64,000 bases of DNA from Lophium mytilinum (taxonomy: Eukaryota). The notes beneath the pieces are model-generated. The model saw only the letters and a program-made list of their open reading frames with translations, searched no databases and was not told the DNA's origin. Shown here one piece after another: positions 58,853 to 64,000 of this stretch. Position 1 is the first letter of the stretch; each line of letters starts with the position of its first letter. The position numbers and the translations under genes are program-made. The stretch spans positions 558,001 to 622,000 of the forward strand of contig MU004181.1 of the NCBI GenBank assembly GCA_010093605.1, in the 5' to 3' direction.

Positions 58853-60844
58853 CTATACATCCCAAGTTCGTGCCCGATCCCACAGGAATGCCGCTCCCGG
58901 ACCCGCAGCATCACCCTCGAACTTCCAGCCTACCACATCCCTATTCCGCTCTGGGTCGGGAACCTTCGGATGCTCGGTGAGCCGCCATTTTTCGAAAGAT
59001 TGCGCGTCTGTCGGCGCGAAGCCAATGAGGAACTTGCGCAACTCGAGAACCGACTCATCGTCGCCGAAAACGATGGGAATGTGATGAGGTATGAAGGCAT
59101 GGAGTCTGAAAATAGCACGAACGAAGAGATAGTCGAGGCTTTCGCACTGCATAAGCGCCCGTACAATTCTCATTGGAGCGTTTGTCATAATGCCTTCCAA
59201 GGTGATCTTGCGGAGAGTGCTCTTGTATCGGTCGATGAGCTTGGATGTAGATATCGAATCAACGCAAAGATAGCCCAGCGTCAGCGAGGTCAGCTGCTTT
59301 GTCGCGAAAGACTGCAGATCTGGATGCCAGCGACCATAGTCTATGTAGACATTGGGGTTCCGAAAGCGGTCACAGTCACCGTTTAAGGTGATGGACTCCA
59401 ACTTGGGCGCTGAGCGGAACACGTAGTTCCAGAAACTCCATTTGTGTTTCCTATTGTAAAGAGAGACTGGGTTTCCTCGGAGTTGGACCCTGCGCAGAGA
59501 ATGAAGCGGATGAGGGAGAAGGGGATCGACGTCTTCGTCATCTACGATTGGGATCGCCCCGAGACGTTGACCAAGTGATAGAGTCCTCTGAACGGGCGGA
59601 ATTGGTCCATTGGTAACCTGGGTGTCTAGGGGAGGCCCGTTTGGTACCACATCCAGAATAAGTCCTTGGAGTGCCTTGCTAAGCATCGTCAGATGGACGC
59701 AACGTCCCACTGTTGCAGATTGCCTGCAGCGATGGCAGCGCTTGTTGTTCATGAATGGAACCGCTCCACCTGTTTCGAATAGCGGATGCCGATCAAGTAA
59801 ATCCTTAGGTTGTTCGTCGGTAATTTCGATGGTCTCTAGTTCTGGTAATGCTGCGAGAGAGGCAATGAAAAGACCGAAATCTACGGTATACTTACTCACT
59901 ACTAGCATTCCAAGGTCCAACATGGCGTCATGGAAGTATAAGTCTGGGCAAATGGACTCGCATTGGCGGGTAGGCCCGTTGCGTAGACTGCAGACGATAA
60001 ATGCTTTGAGGTTCCCGCATTCAACAACCACCTTGCGAACACGCTTTGCGAAGCTAGATTGGCTGGCGATTTCGACGAGGGAGTGAAGGCCTGCACGGGA
60101 GCGATCAAGCGCAAGCCGCTTCTCCTGACCGTGGCGTTGCTCGAAGTGATAGGTTGTCTTCTCCTTCATGTCGTTGCAGGTACCTCGAAGGGCCAGGAAG
60201 CTGTTGCGAGGCAGGCATTGGGCAATAATGTCGATAATCTCGCCAGGACATTCGAGGAGACCGGCCGGTGGGCTCGGAGATACTTGAGGAAGATCACCGC
60301 GTTTTGTGACCTCGAAGGAGCCGGGAATTTGCATTGCTTCGAAGATCTCCCTAAGCTCATCGAGGATTGGCTTCGTCGTAGCTACGCTTCGGGGCTTCTT
60401 TTGGGCTGGTTCTCCTCTGTCTTTTGGCATGTCTCCCACGCTGTACATGGGCCTGAATTCACTAGTCCAAGGTAGAGTATCAGGATCTGGGACGGTCAAA
60501 TAGCTCCGATATCCGGTACCAGCCATCTGTGGTGGACGAGGCCAGTAATATGACGCACGGGGGATTGAGTGTACTGGCATTGCTGGGCGCGTTCGCCAAT
60601 CCGGGGGAGGTCGCATGCTGAGGGGGAGTAATACACGGCGTCCAGCCTTTCGAGTTGATGCGGCCGCGTTTGCTTCGGTAGCTTCTTGATAGTTTCGGCC
60701 TTCAACGTCCAAGTGCGCGTCGTTTAACCTCCTCTTGGAATCTTCGACGAGAGTTTCCTTGACATTTTCATCCAAAATCTTGGTTGAATAAGCACGATGA
60801 GGTGGGCCATCGTCAAGAGGATCAAGGTGTTGAGGGAGTGACAT
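58853..60844 (-). CDS. F-box-like protein, array member I, with a long N-terminal extension
   Basis: First ATG at 60844, TATAAAA at 60926-60920. LLECPGEIIDIIAQCLPRNSFLALRGTCNDM; RSRAGL; CHRC..GRCVH; NRDVVGWKFEGDAAGPGAAFL. Confidence 0.82.
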   Translation of the reverse strand: MSLPQHLDPLDDGPPHRAYSTKILDENVKETLVEDSKRRLNDAHLDVEGRNYQEATEANAAASTRKAGRRVLLPLSMRPPPDWRTRPAMPVHSIPRASYYWPRPPQMAGTGYRSYLTVPDPDTLPWTSEFRPMYSVGDMPKDRGEPAQKKPRSVATTKPILDELREIFEAMQIPGSFEVTKRGDLPQVSPSPPAGLLECPGEIIDIIAQCLPRNSFLALRGTCNDMKEKTTYHFEQRHGQEKRLALDRSRAGLHSLVEIASQSSFAKRVRKVVVECGNLKAFIVCSLRNGPTRQCESICPDLYFHDAMLDLGMLVVSKYTVDFGLFIASLAALPELETIEITDEQPKDLLDRHPLFETGGAVPFMNNKRCHRCRQSATVGRCVHLTMLSKALQGLILDVVPNGPPLDTQVTNGPIPPVQRTLSLGQRLGAIPIVDDEDVDPLLPHPLHSLRRVQLRGNPVSLYNRKHKWSFWNYVFRSAPKLESITLNGDCDRFRNPNVYIDYGRWHPDLQSFATKQLTSLTLGYLCVDSISTSKLIDRYKSTLRKITLEGIMTNAPMRIVRALMQCESLDYLFVRAIFRLHAFIPHHIPIVFGDDESVLELRKFLIGFAPTDAQSFEKWRLTEHPKVPDPERNRDVVGWKFEGDAAGPGAAFLWDRARTWDV

Positions 60845-61226
60845 GGTGTGGTGTTGAGGATTTGGGTGGTGGGGCTTGTGGAGAGAGGGATGCAGGTTGG
60901 GAGAAAGAATCGGCAGGGCTTTTATACGCGAGCATTGACCGGAATTTTCCAAGGCGAGTTGGTGAATGATCTTAACAATGTAAACCGGATCAGCTGGGCA
61001 CAGTGGTAGGTAGGTCACACTATGATAGAACACATTCACCAAGATTCTAAACAATATGCACTATATTCTGATCACATGAACACCCTCGTACTAGTAGTTC
61101 CCCCAGCTCCAGTTCCTTCATTACGTGACAACCACCAACCCTCTATCTAACCGCCCACCACATCTCCAGCCACTTCTTGAAGCTTTTCCAATTTATCTCC
61201 AACCCTCGAGTCATCACTATCCAGCC

Positions 61227-62639
61227 ATGTCTTCTTCTGGTTCCAACGAGATGGCACTGAACGCTGGTCATAAGAAGGCGGGTTCCATCCCAGAGCAACC
61301 GGGCCGGTCACTACATCCTCCATCAGTGAATCCGATACTGAGTATTCCGGCGGAACTCATCGATATGATCGACCAACACCTACCACGCAATTCCTTTCTT
61401 GCCCTCCGACAAACTTGCAAAGATTTGATGCAGGAGACAGATTATCATCTGACTGAAAGGGTTCTTAAAGAAAAACGGATCATCTTCGCCAAGAGCTCTC
61501 GTGCCGGACTGCACTCTCTTGCCAATTTCTGCAACCACCCTCCATACGCCAATCGCGCCGAAAAGGTGGTAATTGCCCTCGAAGCATCATTCCTAGCATT
61601 AGCTACCGACAGCCTCGAGGACGAGCGTAATCGGCATCCCGAGTCCAGCAAACTGTTGGACAGGCAACGCATCGCAGACCTCGGCCTTATTATGGCTTCG
61701 CTTAGTGCCTTACCAGCTCTCGATACCGTCGAAGTCGTCGACGCACACGCTAGTACCTCTAATACGTTTGGAAGCCCTAGCAAGCGACTGTTCAGCGCAT
61801 CTGAGCAAGCAACATACACCAACATGCTCCACAAAGGCCTCGTGGCATTAGCAATAGGCCAAACACACCTCCAAGAGCTAGCCCGGCTCTTCAACGTCCC
61901 CCTCCCCACATTGGTCGCTCTAGTCCAGGATTGGGATAACTACGGAAACGCGAGGCCCTGGGATCCCCGAGGATACTCTTCCCTCAAGTCACTCCGCACG
62001 CTGAAGATCCACGCGGACCCATACATGCTGTACCACGATTACAATTACGACTTCAACCTCCCCGAGCTTCTCATGGCCTCAGCCCCAGCGCTCGAGAGAC
62101 TCGATGTCAACGGGGGCTGCCTCGTGTACGAACACGAGACAGCCATTGTCCCGTTCTGGACAGTGGCTAAGATGATGGACTTGGGCCCTCAGTGCATGAG
62201 GTCGGTGACGCTCCGCAATGTGCGTATCAGCAACTTATGCCCGCCGTTCGGTACCTGGCTTGGTGGTACGATGCGTCAGCTCACCCTTGAGGGTGTCGCG
62301 ATAGAGAGGGGCGCGAGGATCGCTTTAGAAATGTTAGCGACGTATCCGAGTCTGACGTCTATTTCTGTGCGCGCAATCTTCGATGTCGATCAGCGTAGCG
62401 GAACGTGGCCGTGGGTGTTTGGGACGATAGATGAAGAGATGCTGTTGCGGGATTTCTTCTTCTTGGGGGCGCGGACTATGGAAGAGGGGCGCGAGATGTG
62501 GCGGAAGAGAGAGATAAAGGTGGATGATGTTCCTGGCTCTGAGTACAATCGCGACTTGGTCGGATGGAAGTTCGAGGGGGAGGGTGTAGCGGCAGGGGTG
62601 AAGTTCTTAGCAGAGAACGGTCGGAGACTGCAGAGGTAG
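61227..62639 (+). CDS. F-box-like protein, array member J
   Basis: First ATG at 61227. ILSIPAELIDMIDQHLPRNSFLALRQTCKDL; SSRAGL; no CxxC; NRDLVGWKFEGEGVAAGVKFLAENG. Confidence 0.82.
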   Translation: MSSSGSNEMALNAGHKKAGSIPEQPGRSLHPPSVNPILSIPAELIDMIDQHLPRNSFLALRQTCKDLMQETDYHLTERVLKEKRIIFAKSSRAGLHSLANFCNHPPYANRAEKVVIALEASFLALATDSLEDERNRHPESSKLLDRQRIADLGLIMASLSALPALDTVEVVDAHASTSNTFGSPSKRLFSASEQATYTNMLHKGLVALAIGQTHLQELARLFNVPLPTLVALVQDWDNYGNARPWDPRGYSSLKSLRTLKIHADPYMLYHDYNYDFNLPELLMASAPALERLDVNGGCLVYEHETAIVPFWTVAKMMDLGPQCMRSVTLRNVRISNLCPPFGTWLGGTMRQLTLEGVAIERGARIALEMLATYPSLTSISVRAIFDVDQRSGTWPWVFGTIDEEMLLRDFFFLGARTMEEGREMWRKREIKVDDVPGSEYNRDLVGWKFEGEGVAAGVKFLAENGRRLQR

Positions 62640-62939
62640 GTGCCTGCAGGGTGGCAGAATCGGCGAGGGTAAATGGTGTTTCTTCCATTTACACTTCGAA
62701 GTGAGCGTTCCCACCCAGTCCCATCAGTCGGCCTCTCGAAATTTTTTATGATTCTTGAATGAGTAGCTAATAAGCCTAGACTCGGTCAGATATCCTCCTA
62801 GCTTCCGAATTCTAAGCAGCGTTACTTGTTAGTTCTTTTTGGCCATCAACGAAGTATCGAGGTACAATACGTGAATTCCAAACGAGCCAATGTCATACCT
62901 AAGTGCGTCAAAATTATAGGCTTTTTGCGAGTCCCTACG

Positions 62940-63110
62940 TCTAGGCGTACGCATACATCACCACTTGAATACTACTCTCAAGCTGTATAACTTTCTCAAC
63001 AGTAGCCCCTCAGTCAGGGGACGAGCCAGTGAAAAGGCGATTCAGTTTCGGATGCTAGAAAGTTGACATCGTACCGCACTCTTGAGTCCTATAGTAGTCG
63101 CGAATCAGTG
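62940..63110 (+). repeat. Probable highly degraded copy of the dispersed repeat
   Basis: TACGCA..GTAGCC..GACATCG anchors. The GTAGCC-to-GACATCG spacing (63 nt) equals that in copy 1, but identity is otherwise low. Confidence 0.35.
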
Positions 63111-63413
63111 CAGCAGATACTAAGGCTCTACTCTGTCAATTTTCAGGAGGTAGTGAAGCTTATTGTAAAAGGATAGATTGTAAGGACGGCGTGTGGCTCG
63201 AAAATCAACATACTCCATTCCCGTTACTTATGAATCAGTTTGCAAACTAGACTCCACTTTCAGGCATACATAGCCTAGCCGCTAAGAAGGCAGCCTATCA
63301 TAGATAAATCAAGGTCCGCATTTCAGAAGCAGACATAATGACTGGATGCTAAGATATCGCAGAGTGGCCAATAATCCGTCCGGACGACGGGTTTTGTTTG
63401 TGACATTTACATC

Positions 63414-63443
63414 TCCAGTTACTTCAGATCCAGTTACTTCAGA
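63414..63443. repeat. Perfect 15-bp tandem duplication (TCCAGTTACTTCAGA x2)
   Basis: Read directly from the sequence. Confidence 0.85.
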
Positions 63444-64000
63444 CTCACCTTCAGGGAGGGCTTAGGAGCGATATCAACGTACCACCTGACTTCTTCGTTG
63501 ACCTCTCCTTTTCCTCTATACCCTCATCACCTCTCCCGAATTCAACAGGTACAGAGCTACTTTATCGCTTGCTACGAGACTTAACCCCAATCCCACTCCG
63601 AATCCTCCAATAAGCCCATTGAATCAACCCGTATACCCCCGCCGACCTGGCCCCCGAAATTAACTTACGCCTCCTACTACTATCTCTCTTTACACAGTAT
63701 TCAAACACAAGCTCCACACGCTCTCGGTCTGTTAGCTTCTACTTATAGCTATCAAAAGCACTATCCTATGACTATATACCATTCCCAAACTTCATTCTCC
63801 TCTTTTACTTTACCCCCTAACAAACTCCAACCTTTCCCCTTCTCACAACCCACTCTACGCGAGCTCCTAACCCCAATCTCATCCCTAGTCCCAGAACCAG
63901 CCCCCTCACCATCCTCCACGTCTCCACCGCCCCTCCCCCCTGCTCTCTCTCCACAATATACCCACATTTTAACCGCTCAACGCCCTCCAAGTAACCCACC

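Noticed and set aside
63450..64000. C-rich terminal segment: telomeric repeat or 3' end of a minus-strand gene
   Set aside because: No tandem CCCTAA array. The G-rich minus strand resembles gene 3' ends here, but no product or reliable exon structure can be assigned within the window.
1..64000. CRISPR arrays, rRNA/tRNA genes, intact transposase, reverse transcriptase or tyrosine recombinase
   Set aside because: No regularly spaced repeats or recognisable catalytic motifs seen. A small intron-containing tRNA could be missed by eye.

Overview
Eukaryotic DNA from a filamentous ascomycete (short GT-AG introns with CTRAC branch sites, Pezizomycotina-type genes). A conserved block at 13.5-39.6 kb contains an IRS4/TAX4-like EH protein, DNA ligase IV, a Ctr copper transporter, a HET-domain gene with a premature stop, FMP27/BLTP2 and ATG22. 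This block lies between two parts of what looks like one accessory array of ubiquitin-ligase substrate adaptors. The array has ten intronless ~450-670 aa F-box-like paralogues (two disrupted) plus one 3' relic. Most of them share a SRAGL motif, a CxxC..C.H motif and a C-terminal (R)DLxGWxFEG..VxxGxxFL motif, and eight form four head-to-head pairs. Four small BTB/POZ genes with conserved intron positions are nested inside the right-hand array. A degenerate ~160-240 bp repeat occurs 6-8 times; I found it only in array intergenic DNA. The 5' part of an IDO-family gene and two or three orphan ORFs complete the window. All calls come from reading the sequence by eye; no searches were run. No rRNA, tRNA, CRISPR array or intact transposase was recognised.
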